Shown here piece after piece: positions 20,932-33,597 of a stretch of DNA of 64,000 bases. Below the pieces are notes generated by a model that was given only the letters and a program-made list of their open reading frames with translations, was not told the DNA's origin and ran no database searches. Source of the stretch: an uncultured delta proteobacterium (GTDB lineage Bacteria; Desulfobacterota; Binatia; UBA9968). How positions within the stretch are numbered: the stretch's first letter is position 1; each line of letters begins with the position of its first letter. The DNA lies in the NCBI GenBank assembly GCA_963771465.1, contig CAVYTU010000011.1, forward strand, positions 1 through 64,000, read 5' to 3'. Both the position numbers and the translations under genes were made by a program.

Positions 20932-21504
20932 TTACCCTTTCATGCGCCACAAATACAGCGTGTGGTAGTGAATGAAATCGCCGAGTTTTCGCTCCGGCTC
21001 AGGCAGTTTCTCCGTCCTATCCGGTTCCCACCCTTCGATGGCGAAATCGTGGGCGACGATGCGGGCGCCGGGTTTCAAATATTTCTTGAAGCTCGGTTTC
21101 ATCGCTTCATTGAACCACGGCAGCATGTAGAGCGTCACCACGGTGGCTTTCGAGATATCCGCCTTGAGCGCGTCTTGGGCGCGGAATTCTACCAAATGGC
21201 TGACGCCGGCGGCTTTGGCGTCTTTGCGTGCTTTGGCAAGCAGCCAGCTGTCCATCTCGATACCGACGGCGCGCACGCCGTATTTCTGCGCGGCACGGAT
21301 GACGATCCGGCCATCGCCGCTGCCGAGATCATAAACGACGTCGCCCTTTTTGACTTCGGCCAACTCGAACATCTTATCAATGACTTCCACCGGCGTCGGC
21401 ACGAAGGGGATTTCTTCGCGCGGGCCGAGTTGCCCGCGGGCCGAGTCGAATAAGACCAGAAAGGCAAATACCGCGATTATAATTTTAAGTCTTGATTGCG
21501 CCAT
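20932..21504 (-). CDS. Class I SAM-dependent methyltransferase with signal-like N-terminus
   Basis: PFVPTP, DLGSGDGR, ATVVTLY, RIVAHDF. Confidence 0.9.
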   Translation of the reverse strand: MAQSRLKIIIAVFAFLVLFDSARGQLGPREEIPFVPTPVEVIDKMFELAEVKKGDVVYDLGSGDGRIVIRAAQKYGVRAVGIEMDSWLLAKARKDAKAAGVSHLVEFRAQDALKADISKATVVTLYMLPWFNEAMKPSFKKYLKPGARIVAHDFAIEGWEPDRTEKLPEPERKLGDFIHYHTLYLWRMKG

Positions 21505-21631
21505 CGTCCCTATCGCTTACTGGAGATGTTTCGAGAAAGCTAGCTGATGGCTCGCGAGACTGTCAATTTGTCGCAGTTACCTTCGATCGCGCTGATTTGT
21601 GCTTCAGGCGAAATTCGGGCTATATGACTGT

Positions 21632-22960
21632 ATGGAAATGAACACCCCGGATCGCAACCAAAAGCGTCCGCCGATCTCGCTGCCTTTTTATTACGGTTGG
21701 TTCATCATTTCTCTCTGTTTTCTAACTACTTTGACGAGCGCCGGCGTGCGCTCGTCGCCGTCGGTTTTGATCCATCCGCTGGAAGCAGAGTTTGGCTGGA
21801 GCCGCACCATGATCGCATCGGCGGTGAGCATGAATTTGCTGCTATTTGGCGTCGCTGCGCCGGTGAGCGGTTGGCTCATCGACCGCATCGGGCCGCGCAT
21901 GATGATGCTCTGCAGCTTGTCGATATTGATCGTGGGCGTTAGCGGGACGATGATGATGACCGAGTTCTGGCAGTTTTTTCTCGTCTGGGGAATCATCGTC
22001 GGCATCGGCGCCGGCGGCGTCGGTTCCGTCTTGACGGCTACGGTCGGCAATCGTTGGTTTGTCGCCAGGCGCGGTCTCGCTCTTGGCATTCTCGGCAGCG
22101 CGAGCTCGACAGGGCAGATTATTTTCTTGCCGTTGTTCATGGCGATGATCACCTATGCCGGCTGGCGTCAGGGTTCCATGGCGTTGATCGTCGTCGCGGT
22201 GATCTTGCTGCCGCTGATTTTTCTATTTATGCGCGACGATCCGTCGGAGGTCGGTCTGGAACCCTACGGCGCCGGCGATCCAAACGCAGCGAAAGCAGGC
22301 GGCAAAACATCGCTGCGCGGCATGCCCGCGAAAAATGCGACCATCACGGCGCGGGAAGTCGTTACCAACCCGACGTTCTGGCTCCTCTGCAGCAGCTTTT
22401 TTGTCTGCGGCGGAACCGCCAATGGTTTGATCGGCACACATCTAATTCCGCATGAAATCGAAATCGGCATTCCGCAAATCGCAGCCGCCGGGTTGCTTGG
22501 CTTGATGGGCGCGCTCAACATGGTCGGCACGATCTTTTCCGGGTGGATGGTTGATCGGATTCAACCGCATAAATGGCTTGCGCTGGTGTACGCGCTGCGC
22601 GGTTGCTCGCTGCTGTTGCTGCCTTTTGTCCGCGACTACGTCGGGCTGGTGGTTTTCGCGATCATCTACGGCTTGGACTGGTTCGCCACGGTGCCGCCGT
22701 CGATGGCAATCACCGCGGATACTTTCGGCCGACAGAACGTCGGCAAGGTTTACGGCTGGATTTTTATGTCGCACCAGATCGGCGCGGCGATTATGGCATC
22801 CGCGGCGGGCGCGGTGCGAACCTATCTGGGCAGTTACGACATAGCCTTTCTTGCCGGTGGTATAGTCGCGATGCTCGCGGCTACTTGTGCTTTGAATATA
22901 AAACCCCAACCGAAGGAAACCCCACAGCCGCCGATAGGCGCTCAGCCGGCACAAGCTTAG
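21632..22960 (+). CDS. MFS transporter
   Basis: About 12 TM helices; GWLIDRIGPR MFS motif A; WF..RRGLA. Confidence 0.93.
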   Translation: MEMNTPDRNQKRPPISLPFYYGWFIISLCFLTTLTSAGVRSSPSVLIHPLEAEFGWSRTMIASAVSMNLLLFGVAAPVSGWLIDRIGPRMMMLCSLSILIVGVSGTMMMTEFWQFFLVWGIIVGIGAGGVGSVLTATVGNRWFVARRGLALGILGSASSTGQIIFLPLFMAMITYAGWRQGSMALIVVAVILLPLIFLFMRDDPSEVGLEPYGAGDPNAAKAGGKTSLRGMPAKNATITAREVVTNPTFWLLCSSFFVCGGTANGLIGTHLIPHEIEIGIPQIAAAGLLGLMGALNMVGTIFSGWMVDRIQPHKWLALVYALRGCSLLLLPFVRDYVGLVVFAIIYGLDWFATVPPSMAITADTFGRQNVGKVYGWIFMSHQIGAAIMASAAGAVRTYLGSYDIAFLAGGIVAMLAATCALNIKPQPKETPQPPIGAQPAQA

Positions 22961-23011
22961 CAAAGGTCGGGAAATACTCTCGGGACGGCGGTGTATTACT
23001 TTAACCTTCCG

Positions 23012-23410
23012 TCAGTCCGATTCGGTGAAATTTGACACCCGCCATTGGTTTCCTTCGACGCGCGCGGTAATGAGCCACTTGCGCGTGAACGCCGTGCCAT
23101 CGTCGGATTGAATGCGTCCCTCGTATAAGTAAGTCGACCGTTTTTCGCTTTCTTTTTTCTCCAACAAGCTGTAATTCACGCGCGGTTTCTGGGTGGATGC
23201 GTCGATTTGCTGGCCGGTGGTGAGACGGATTTCCTCGTTAATTTTAGCCAGAGCAACGCTCACCGTGTAGTTCTTCGCTTTTTGCAAATCGAAATTGACG
23301 TAGTGCTGATCGACGAATTCTTCGGCGACGCCTTGAGCCGTGTTGAGATCGCGGCCACAGGCGGACAGCAGGAGTGACGGGAGTAAAATCACAGCTAAGA
23401 GAAATTTCAT
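23012..23410 (-). CDS. Hypothetical lipoprotein
   Basis: Lipobox LSAC after a hydrophobic signal. Confidence 0.8.
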   Translation of the reverse strand: MKFLLAVILLPSLLLSACGRDLNTAQGVAEEFVDQHYVNFDLQKAKNYTVSVALAKINEEIRLTTGQQIDASTQKPRVNYSLLEKKESEKRSTYLYEGRIQSDDGTAFTRKWLITARVEGNQWRVSNFTESD

Positions 23411-23419
23411 ATCGGTGGA

Positions 23420-24178
23420 CTACCGTACATGATCGGTTAGCCAATCCAATGCTTCAAGCATCGCGCGCTGCATCGTCGCTGCATCGGATAAGCCGTGATC
23501 GGCGTCTTTGAGAATCGACAGGCGCTTGGCATTCTTCAGGCAGCTGTGCAACTCGTGGGCCTCCGCCACCGGCACGACTTCGTCGGCATCGCCGTGCAGG
23601 ATCAGCACCGGACAGGCAATTTTTCTCGCCGCCCCGGGAACATCGATACTTTCCAAGTCTTCCAGCATCGACAGATTGAGGCGCTGGCCGTTGTAGCGCG
23701 TGAATCCGCGATCGCGCCAGCGTTGCATTCCCGCTGGGGATAATACGCGACCGGGAAAATGCTCTGGATGAAGCGGCGCCGATAGTGTAACTACAGCGGC
23801 AACCTGAGGTTCGGCAGCCGCGAACATGAGCGCCACCGTGCCACCCATGCTCGAGCCGAAGATCACAATTTTTCCGTCGCGACGTTGCCGCACGAGCTCA
23901 TAAGCGGCCCGGAGATCCTCGACCTCGCCGCTGTACGTGATGTCTTCGAACTTGCCACTCGACTCGCCGACGTAGCTGAAATCAAAGCGCAGTGCGAAAA
24001 TGCCCCGCCGCGCCAATTCTTGGCCGAGAAAGATCAGCTTCTCGCTATTCTTATGCGACTCCATGCCGTGGCAAAGAATCGCCGCGCCGGCCGAATTGTT
24101 TTCCGCGGGATAATGCAGCACGCCGGCCAAAGTTTCGCCGCGCGAGTTGAGAAATGAGATTTGTTCCGTGGCAGTCAT
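23420..24178 (-). CDS. Alpha/beta fold hydrolase
   Basis: CHG, RFDF..GES.G, GSSMGG, HGDAD..VP, ADH. Confidence 0.92.
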   Translation of the reverse strand: MTATEQISFLNSRGETLAGVLHYPAENNSAGAAILCHGMESHKNSEKLIFLGQELARRGIFALRFDFSYVGESSGKFEDITYSGEVEDLRAAYELVRQRRDGKIVIFGSSMGGTVALMFAAAEPQVAAVVTLSAPLHPEHFPGRVLSPAGMQRWRDRGFTRYNGQRLNLSMLEDLESIDVPGAARKIACPVLILHGDADEVVPVAEAHELHSCLKNAKRLSILKDADHGLSDAATMQRAMLEALDWLTDHVR

Positions 24179-24311
24179 TCTATAGCATCACTGATTATCA
24201 CAAGTTTGATTGTGCCAAAAGTATGGCTGAGCGTGAAAAGCGCAGCCGATTATCCGTCTTGGACGGTTTTCTTTAGAATAACCCCGGCGTGTGCTAAACT
24301 CAGTCGTACTT

Positions 24312-25220
24312 GTGGACGAATCGATTAGACAATATGCACATTATCTCCGAAACGAGCGCAACGCTTCGGCGCATACCTTACGTAATTACCTGAGCGACTT
24401 GGCGCAGCTGCAAGCCTTCTTGCTGGAGCGCGAGTTGTGCTTGGATAACCGTGGAGCGGTGGACATCGGTAAGATAGATATTCACGCCGTGCGCGCGTTT
24501 CTCGCTTCGTTGACCAAGGATCGTAAGAAAAGTTCGATCGGACGCAAAGTGGCGGCGTTGAAAGGCTTCTTTCGTTTCTTATTCTCGAGTAAGAAAATCG
24601 ACAAAGATCCGTTGCTGCTGATTCAGTCGCCCAAGCAGGAAAAGCCACTGCCGACTTTTCTTTCTGTCGACGACGCGTTTCAACTGCTCGGCGGCATCAA
24701 GATCAAGAGCGGTTTGGATGTCCGCGACCTGGCGGTTCTCGAGGTATTTTATTCCACCGGGATTCGAGTGAGCGAGCTAGTCGGTCTTGACTGGGCTGAT
24801 ATCGATATTCAACTCGGTATTGTCCGCGTCGTCGGCAAAGGCTCCAAGGAACGGATCGTGCCCATCGGCAAGGTTGCGTTGGCGGCACTGGAGAAATACA
24901 GTCACGAGCAGCGCAAACGGTGGAATTCTCCCTGCAAAGGCGCTACCGCGGTATTTCTCAACAATCGCGGTGAGCGGATTACGGTGCGGAGCGTCGCGCG
25001 CATCGTCGAGAAACATTTGAAGCTGGCTGGGATTCCGATCAAAATGGGACCCCATGGACTGCGCCATAGTTTCGCCACCCATTTGCTTAACAGCGGCGCC
25101 GACTTGAGAGTGATTCAGGAACTGCTCGGCCACGCCAGTTTGTCGACGACGCAGCGTTATACGCATTTGAACTTGGATCAACTGACGGCAGTCTACGACA
25201 AGGCGCATCCGCGCGCGTAA
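24312..25220 (+). CDS. xerC: Tyrosine recombinase XerC
   Basis: R..GIRVSEL, GKGSKER, HGLRHSFATH, LGH, TTQRY; in xerC-hslVU context. Confidence 0.93.
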   Translation: MDESIRQYAHYLRNERNASAHTLRNYLSDLAQLQAFLLERELCLDNRGAVDIGKIDIHAVRAFLASLTKDRKKSSIGRKVAALKGFFRFLFSSKKIDKDPLLLIQSPKQEKPLPTFLSVDDAFQLLGGIKIKSGLDVRDLAVLEVFYSTGIRVSELVGLDWADIDIQLGIVRVVGKGSKERIVPIGKVALAALEKYSHEQRKRWNSPCKGATAVFLNNRGERITVRSVARIVEKHLKLAGIPIKMGPHGLRHSFATHLLNSGADLRVIQELLGHASLSTTQRYTHLNLDQLTAVYDKAHPRA

Positions 25221-25292
25221 AATGAGAAAGTCGAGGCTGGAAAATGGCGCATAGAAGATCGCGATTCTCATTTCTCGATCTTCTATCTTCGA
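25221..25292. repeat. Degenerate inverted heptamer arrays (ATAGAAG-like / ATCTTCT-like)
   Basis: CTGGAAA ATGGCGC ATAGAAG ATCGCG then ATTCTCA TTTCTCG ATCTTCT ATCTTCG. Confidence 0.6.
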
Positions 25293-25305
25293 CCGGAATT
25301 TAGAT

Positions 25306-25836
25306 ATGTTTGAAGGAACGACCATATTAGGGATTCGCCACGGCGGCAAAGTTGTCGTCGTCGGCGACGGGCAAGTCAGTTTAGGCCAGACCGTGATGAA
25401 GCACAGCGCGCGCAAGGTGCGCAAGCTCCATCATGACCGCGTGATTGCGGGCTTCGCCGGTGCGACGGCGGACGCGTTTACACTGTTCGAGAAGTTCGAG
25501 GCCAAGCTCGAACAGTTCAACGGCAACCTCAAACGGGCGGCAGTGGAACTGGCCAAAGATTGGCGCACGGATCGCGTGCTCAGGCGGCTCGAGGCGTTGC
25601 TGATCGTCGCCGATGTCAATGACCTTCTGGTCATTTCCGGCGCCGGCGACGTGATCGAGCCCGACGACGGCGTGATCGCCATCGGCTCGGGCGGCAACTA
25701 TGCATTGGCGGCGGCGCGCGTGCTGGTCAAGCATACCCAGCTCGATGCCCGCGTGATCGCCGAAGAGGCGATGAAAGTAGCAGCGGGGATCTGCGTTTAC
25801 ACCAACGAGCAGCTCACCTTTGAAGCGCTGCCTTAG
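25306..25836 (+). CDS. hslV: ATP-dependent protease subunit HslV
   Basis: [24 protein letters not shown]. Confidence 0.98.
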   Translation: MFEGTTILGIRHGGKVVVVGDGQVSLGQTVMKHSARKVRKLHHDRVIAGFAGATADAFTLFEKFEAKLEQFNGNLKRAAVELAKDWRTDRVLRRLEALLIVADVNDLLVISGAGDVIEPDDGVIAIGSGGNYALAAARVLVKHTQLDARVIAEEAMKVAAGICVYTNEQLTFEALP

Positions 25837-25853
25837 GCCTCGCTACGCTCGGC

Positions 25854-25925
25854 ATTGCCGATTTCAGATTACCGATTTCAAAACGAGGATGCGGTGCCAA
25901 TGGATGATGCGAAATCGTCCAATCG
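25854..25925. repeat. Heptamer array with short inverted partner
   Basis: ATTGCCG ATTTCAG ATTACCG ATTTCAA ... GAAATCGTCCAATCG between hslV and hslU. Confidence 0.65.
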
Positions 25926-25987
25926 TGCTTCCTGGCGCGCGGAAATGATTGCATTTCCTGGCGAAATTGTTAGGAGTTGTTATCCCC

Positions 25988-27373
25988 ATGAAAGACGAGT
26001 TGAAATCTGCGCTTCCCGACGCCAATTCGTTGCCGGCGCCGGTGATGACGCCGCGGGAAATTGTCTCGGAGCTCGACCGCTACATTGTCGGCCAGAGGGA
26101 CGCCAAGCGGGCGGTGGCGATCGCGCTGCGCAATCGCTGGCGGCGCCAGTTGGTACCGGACGATTTGCGCGATGAGATCGCGCCGAAAAATATCATCATG
26201 ATCGGCCCGACGGGTGTCGGTAAGACTGAGATCTCGCGCCGCTTGGCCAAACTTGCCCAGGCGCCTTTCATCAAAGTCGAGGCTTCCAAATTTACTGAAG
26301 TCGGCTACGTCGGCCGCGACGTGGAGTCGATCATTCGCGACTTGACCGATCTCGCCGTCAACATGGTGAAAGAGGAAGAAAAGCAAAAAGTCGAAATCAG
26401 AGCCCGCGAAGTCGCCGAGGAGCGGGTGCTCGACTTGCTGTTGCCGGCTTCGGCGGGTGAAGCCGATGGTGAACCGGTCGATGCGGCGCGTCTGCAGGGC
26501 ACGCGCGAAAAGCTCAAGAAAATGTTGCGCGATGGCAAGATGGACGACCGCTTCGTCGACGTCGAGATGACCCAGTCAGCGATGCCGATGATCGAAGTGC
26601 TGACGCCCCAGGGCATGGAGGGTATGGAATTCAATCTCAAGGAGATGTTTTCCAACCTGATGCCGAAGAAAACCAAAAAGAAGACTGTGAAAATTCCCGA
26701 AGCTTTAGAAATTCTCACCCAGGAAGAGGCGGGCAAGCTGGTCGACATGGACAAGGTCACCGGCGAAGCGGTGCGCCGAGTCGAGCAGTCGGGAATTGTT
26801 TTTCTCGATGAGATCGACAAGATCGCCGGGCGCGACTCTATGCAAGGGCCGGACGTGTCGCGTCAAGGCGTGCAGCGCGATTTATTGCCGATCGTCGAGG
26901 GTTCGACGGTCAACACCAAGTACGGCATGGTCAAGACCGATCATATTTTGTTTGTCGCCTCGGGCGCGTTCCACATCGCCAAGCCGTCGGATTTGATTCC
27001 CGAGTTTCAGGGCCGCTTTCCGATCCGGGTCGAATTGAGCTCGCTCAGCAAAGATGATTTCGTGCGCATTCTCACCGAGCCGAAGAACGCTCTGATCAAG
27101 CAGTATGAAGCCTTGCTCGAAACCGAAGGCGTGCATCTCAAGTTTGCCGCCGATGCGATCGAAGAAATCGCGCTGATCGCGTCCAATGTCAACGAACAGA
27201 TGGAGAACATCGGCGCGCGCCGCTTGCATACCATTCTCGAACGTCTGCTCGACGAGGTGTCTTTTTCGGCGCCGGAGATGCATGGCCAGGAAGTCGCCAT
27301 CGACGCCAACTACGTGCGCGAGCGGCTCGAGCCGATTCTAAAAAACGAGGATTTGTCGCGCTACATCCTTTAA
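25988..27373 (+). CDS. hslU: ATP-dependent protease ATPase subunit HslU
   Basis: [34 protein letters not shown]. Confidence 0.98.
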   Translation: MKDELKSALPDANSLPAPVMTPREIVSELDRYIVGQRDAKRAVAIALRNRWRRQLVPDDLRDEIAPKNIIMIGPTGVGKTEISRRLAKLAQAPFIKVEASKFTEVGYVGRDVESIIRDLTDLAVNMVKEEEKQKVEIRAREVAEERVLDLLLPASAGEADGEPVDAARLQGTREKLKKMLRDGKMDDRFVDVEMTQSAMPMIEVLTPQGMEGMEFNLKEMFSNLMPKKTKKKTVKIPEALEILTQEEAGKLVDMDKVTGEAVRRVEQSGIVFLDEIDKIAGRDSMQGPDVSRQGVQRDLLPIVEGSTVNTKYGMVKTDHILFVASGAFHIAKPSDLIPEFQGRFPIRVELSSLSKDDFVRILTEPKNALIKQYEALLETEGVHLKFAADAIEEIALIASNVNEQMENIGARRLHTILERLLDEVSFSAPEMHGQEVAIDANYVRERLEPILKNEDLSRYIL

Positions 27374-29460
<2,087 letters not shown>

Positions 29461-29484
29461 TTCAAGCGCACCGTCATTCTGTCC

Positions 29485-30471
29485 ATGAGCAAGCGAGATT
29501 TACTTAATTTCGACGGCCTGAGCCGCCCGGAATTCGACGGCATTTTACAGCTCGCCGCCGACCTCAAACGCAAGCAGAAGCGCGGCATCGCGCACCGCCT
29601 GTTGGCGGGCAAGTCGATGGCGCTGGTTTTCGAAAAACCGAGCCTGCGCACGCGTTCGACCTTCGCTCTCGGGATAACTCAGTTGGGCGGCACGGCGATT
29701 TATCTCGGTCCGGCCGAAGTCGGTCTGGGCAGCCGGGAAACGCCGGCGGACTGCGCGCGCAACTTGGACCGCTGGTTCGATCTCATCACCGTCAGGACGT
29801 TTGGCCACAAGATTATCGAGGAGATGGCCGAGTATTCCGCCGTGCCGGTGATTAACGCGCTGACCGATGGCTACCATCCTTGTCAGGTGTTGGCCGACTG
29901 CCAGACCCTCATCGAGCATAAGGGCAAACTCGACGGCTTGAAGATTGTGTTTGTCGGTGACGGCAACAATATGGTTCATTCGTGGATCGAGGCCGCGGCG
30001 ATCGTGCCATTTTCTTTTGCCCTCGCGTGTCCCAAAGGGTACGAGCCCGATGCGGCAATTCTCAACAAGGCATTGCGCCGCGGTGCGCAGATCACCGTGA
30101 CCCATTCCGTCGAAGCCGCGGTCGGCGGCGCGGATGCCATCTACACCGACGTGTGGACCAGCATGGGACAGGAAAAAGAAGCGCAAGCACGCATCAACGC
30201 CTTTCGCCCCTACCAGGTGAATAGCCAAGTCGTGGGGTTGGGTAAAAAGGATGCGGTGGTGATGCACTGTCTGCCGGCGCACCGTGGCGAAGAAATCACT
30301 CATGAGGTGTTGGAAAGCTCCCAGTGCGTCGCCTTTGATCAGGCGGAAAATCGCTTGCATGCGCAGAAAGCGGCGATGGTCTGGCTGCTCAACGGCTTCG
30401 CCGGTTCAAAAGTTCAAAGCTTCAAGGGTTCAAGGAAACCAAGGGGAAGCAGAGGTCCGAGGAAAAAGTGA
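29485..30471 (+). CDS. argF: Ornithine carbamoyltransferase with repeat-derived basic C-terminal tail
   Basis: SLRTR, HPCQ, SMGQE, HCLP, QAENR. Confidence 0.97.
   Translation: MSKRDLLNFDGLSRPEFDGILQLAADLKRKQKRGIAHRLLAGKSMALVFEKPSLRTRSTFALGITQLGGTAIYLGPAEVGLGSRETPADCARNLDRWFDLITVRTFGHKIIEEMAEYSAVPVINALTDGYHPCQVLADCQTLIEHKGKLDGLKIVFVGDGNNMVHSWIEAAAIVPFSFALACPKGYEPDAAILNKALRRGAQITVTHSVEAAVGGADAIYTDVWTSMGQEKEAQARINAFRPYQVNSQVVGLGKKDAVVMHCLPAHRGEEITHEVLESSQCVAFDQAENRLHAQKAAMVWLLNGFAGSKVQSFKGSRKPRGSRGPRKK
30404..30435 (+). repeat. GTTCAA array (8-bp period) inside the argF 3' end
   Basis: GTTCAAAA GTTCAAAG CTTCAAGG GTTCAAGG. Confidence 0.8.
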
Positions 30472-31670
30472 TCAACGTCAAGAAAGTCGTGCTGGCATAC
30501 TCCGGCGGTCTGGATACTTCGGTAATCCTGCGCTGGTTGAAGGAGACCTATGGCTGCGAGGTGATCGCCTTTTGCGCCGATCTAGGCCAAGGCGAAGATC
30601 TTCAGGCGGTCAAGCACAAGGCGATGAAGACCGGCGCGAGCAAAGTAGTGATCGGCGATTTGCGCGAGGAGTTCGTCAAAAATTATGTCTTTCCGATGCT
30701 GCGCGCCAACGCGGTGTACGAAGGTTCTTACCTGCTCGGCACGTCCATCGCCCGGCCGTTGATTGCCAAAGGGCAGATCGACGTTGCGGTCAAAGAAAAA
30801 GCCGATGCGGTTTCGCATGGCGCCACCGGCAAGGGCAACGATCAGGTGCGCTTCGAGTTGACGTACTATGCGCTCAAGCCGGCGATCAAAGTGATCGCGC
30901 CGTGGCGCGAGTGGGATTTGAATGCGCGCTCGACGCTGATCGACTACGCCAAGCGGCATGGCATTCCCGTGCCTGTGACCAAGGCCAAGCCTTACAGCAC
31001 CGACCGTAATCTATTTCACATTAGCTACGAGGGCGGCATCCTCGAAGATCCCTGGAAGGAGCCGCCATCGGACATGTTCGTCTGGTGCCGGCCGGTGGAA
31101 AAGGCGCCGAATCGCGCCGAGTATATTGAGATCGATTACCTGAGCGGCGATCCGGTGGCGCTGGACGGCAGAAAATTATCGCCGGCCAATCTGTTGGCGC
31201 GGCTCAACGACTTCGGCGCCAAGCATGGCATCGGCCGGGTGGACCTGGTCGAGAACCGTTACGTCGGCATGAAGTCGCGCGGCGTCTATGAAACTCCCGG
31301 CGGGACCATTTTACATGCGGCGCACCGCGGCCTGGAGTCGATCACCATGGACCGCGAAGTGTTACGCTTGCGAGACTCGCTGATACCGCGTTATGCGGAA
31401 ATGATTTATTACGGCTACTGGTTCGCGCCGGAACGGGAAGTGTTGCAAACGACCATTGACGCCGCCCAGACCAACGTAACCGGCCGGGTGCGGCTCAAAC
31501 TCTACAAAGGCAACGTCATGGTCGTCGGGCGTAGATCGGACGCTTCGCTCTACGATTCCAACGTGGCGACCTTCGAAGCCGATCAGGTTTATCGCCAGGC
31601 GGATGCGGAAGGATTTATTCGCTTGAATGCGCTGCGTTTGCGGCTGCGCAAACTGGCGAAAGCGAAGTGA
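30468..31670 (+). CDS. argG: Argininosuccinate synthase
   Basis: [29 protein letters not shown]. Confidence 0.98.
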   Translation: MINVKKVVLAYSGGLDTSVILRWLKETYGCEVIAFCADLGQGEDLQAVKHKAMKTGASKVVIGDLREEFVKNYVFPMLRANAVYEGSYLLGTSIARPLIAKGQIDVAVKEKADAVSHGATGKGNDQVRFELTYYALKPAIKVIAPWREWDLNARSTLIDYAKRHGIPVPVTKAKPYSTDRNLFHISYEGGILEDPWKEPPSDMFVWCRPVEKAPNRAEYIEIDYLSGDPVALDGRKLSPANLLARLNDFGAKHGIGRVDLVENRYVGMKSRGVYETPGGTILHAAHRGLESITMDREVLRLRDSLIPRYAEMIYYGYWFAPEREVLQTTIDAAQTNVTGRVRLKLYKGNVMVVGRRSDASLYDSNVATFEADQVYRQADAEGFIRLNALRLRLRKLAKAK

Positions 31671-31737
31671 ATTGAGAATGGAAAATTGATAATTCCGGAG
31701 TCGATCATTTTTAATTATCCATTATCAATTTTCCATT
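31670..31737. repeat. Inverted pair of heptamer arrays, same family as at hisH/hisA
   Basis: AATTGAG AATGGAA AATTGAT AATT ... TTTAATT ATCCATT ATCAATT TTCCATT. Confidence 0.9.
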
Positions 31738-31761
31738 GTCACAGTCGCGCGAAGTTTTATC

Positions 31762-33138
31762 GTGAATAAGCCGAAACGAAAACTCTGGGGTGGCCGGTTC
31801 GCCGGTGGGACAGCCGCGTCGGTGGAAGCGTTTACCGCGTCGATCGACGTCGACGCGCGGCTTTATCGTCACGACATTATGGGCAGTATCGCTCATGCCA
31901 AAATGCTCGGAAGACAGAAAATTATTCCCCGCCGGGATGCTCAGAAGATCGTCCGCGGCCTGGAAGCAATTGGGCGCGAGATCGACGCTGGCAGGTTCGC
32001 CTTTTCTCCCGCCGACGAAGATATTCATATGAATATCGAGCGGCGCTTGAGCGAAAAAATCGGCGCCGCCGGCGGCAAGCTGCACACGGCGCGCAGCCGC
32101 AACGATCAGGTGGCGCTCGACATGCGGCTTTACCTGCGCGACGAAGTTGCGGTCATCATGGAAAGTTTGTCGCTGTTGCAGCGCGAACTGGCGCGTGCGG
32201 CGAAAAAACATCTCGACGTAATCATGCCCGGCTACACCCATTTACAGCGGGCGCAGCCGGTCTTGTTAGCGCACCATCTGCTCGCTTATTACGACATGTT
32301 CGGGCGCGACCGCGAGCGCTTTGATGATTCCCTGGAACGGATCAACGTGATGCCTTTGGGCTCCGGCGCGCTTGCCGGCACGACGTTTCCAATCGACCGG
32401 GCCTACGTCGCCAAGCTGCTCGGCTTTCCGCGCATATCGAAGAACAGCATCGACGCGGTGAGCGACCGTGATTTTCTCCTGGAATTTTTGGCCGCCTCGG
32501 CGATTCTTTTCGTTCATCTCAGCCGCTTGGCCGACGAGTTGGTTTTATGGTCGAGCCAGGAATTCGCTTTTATCGAGTTGCCGGACGGTTACTGCACCGG
32601 CAGCTCGATGATGCCGCAGAAAAAAAATCCCGACGTACCTGAATTGATCCGCGGCAAGAGCGGCCGGGTATTCGGCCATCTGCAAGCGCTCTTAACGATT
32701 ATGAAAGGGTTGCCGTTGGCGTATAATCGCGATCTGCAGGAGGATAAAGTGCCGCTGTTTGATACCGCCGACACCGTCAAAGCGAGCGTCCGCATCATGG
32801 GTGAGATCGTCGCAGGGATTAAGGTCAGGCGCGAGCGTATGCTGGAGGCGGCGCGCGACGGTTTCATGAATGCGACGGACTTAGCCGATTATTTGGTCGA
32901 GCGCGGCATGGCTTTTCGCGCCGCTCATGGAGTGGCCGGCCGGGTGGTGCAATTTTGCATCGGCCAAGGTAAACGTATCGAAGATCTGTCGATGGTGGAG
33001 TTCAAGCGCTTTTCGGACAAGATCGACAAGAAAGTCTATAACTATCTTTCAGCGGAAGCGGTGGTTCAGCGCCGGCGCGCCCTCGGCGGCACGGCGCGCG
33101 CGAATGTCGTGCGCCGCTTGAAAGAACTGAGGGTTTAG
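31762..33138 (+). CDS. argH: Argininosuccinate lyase
   Basis: [32 protein letters not shown]. Confidence 0.98.
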   Translation: MNKPKRKLWGGRFAGGTAASVEAFTASIDVDARLYRHDIMGSIAHAKMLGRQKIIPRRDAQKIVRGLEAIGREIDAGRFAFSPADEDIHMNIERRLSEKIGAAGGKLHTARSRNDQVALDMRLYLRDEVAVIMESLSLLQRELARAAKKHLDVIMPGYTHLQRAQPVLLAHHLLAYYDMFGRDRERFDDSLERINVMPLGSGALAGTTFPIDRAYVAKLLGFPRISKNSIDAVSDRDFLLEFLAASAILFVHLSRLADELVLWSSQEFAFIELPDGYCTGSSMMPQKKNPDVPELIRGKSGRVFGHLQALLTIMKGLPLAYNRDLQEDKVPLFDTADTVKASVRIMGEIVAGIKVRRERMLEAARDGFMNATDLADYLVERGMAFRAAHGVAGRVVQFCIGQGKRIEDLSMVEFKRFSDKIDKKVYNYLSAEAVVQRRRALGGTARANVVRRLKELRV

Positions 33139-33573
33139 ATGAAGCGATATTTACTGTTAGCGTTGGTGATCGCGATATTAACTCCGGCGTGCGGCAAGAA
33201 AGCCGACCCGCGCGCGCCGGAATTTGTCGCGCCCAAACCGATAACGAATTTGAGCGCGCGGCCGGCAGCCGATGGGGTCTCGCTCTCGTGGAACCGGCCG
33301 ACTGAATATATGGACGGCAAGGAGATCAAAGACCTGACGAGCTTCGTGATTTTCCGCAAGGAAATATCGCCGAGCTGTCTCGATTGCCCGGTGCCGTATC
33401 GGCAGTTGACCATCGTGAACGTGGAAGACCGGGAGAAGTTCGTCAAACAGAAACAGTATCGCTTCGACGACGGGGAAGTGCGGGCCAAAACGATTTATCG
33501 CTACCGCGTGTCGGCGCAGTTAGTCGACGGCTCGCTCAGCGCGCCGTCCAACGAGGTAGAAATTTCCCGCTAG
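33139..33573 (+). CDS. Lipoprotein with CGKK.DP N-terminus and fibronectin-III-like domain
   Basis: Lipobox TPAC-GKKADP; LSW, C..C, Y.YRVSA, S.PSNEV. Confidence 0.75.
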   Translation: MKRYLLLALVIAILTPACGKKADPRAPEFVAPKPITNLSARPAADGVSLSWNRPTEYMDGKEIKDLTSFVIFRKEISPSCLDCPVPYRQLTIVNVEDREKFVKQKQYRFDDGEVRAKTIYRYRVSAQLVDGSLSAPSNEVEISR

Positions 33574-33597
33574 CCTTGATTATTCACAGTGAAATAG

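Noticed and set aside
20773-21453. Long antisense ORFs such as this 226-aa one and 29545-30360
   Set aside because: Shadow ORFs opposite well-supported genes in high-GC DNA, with no recognisable motifs
24312-25220. Tyrosine recombinase as a mobile-element integrase
   Set aside because: Size, motifs and xerC-hslV-hslU context indicate housekeeping XerC
25306-25323. HslV not starting with the catalytic Thr
   Set aside because: A short propeptide before TT is known in HslV homologues
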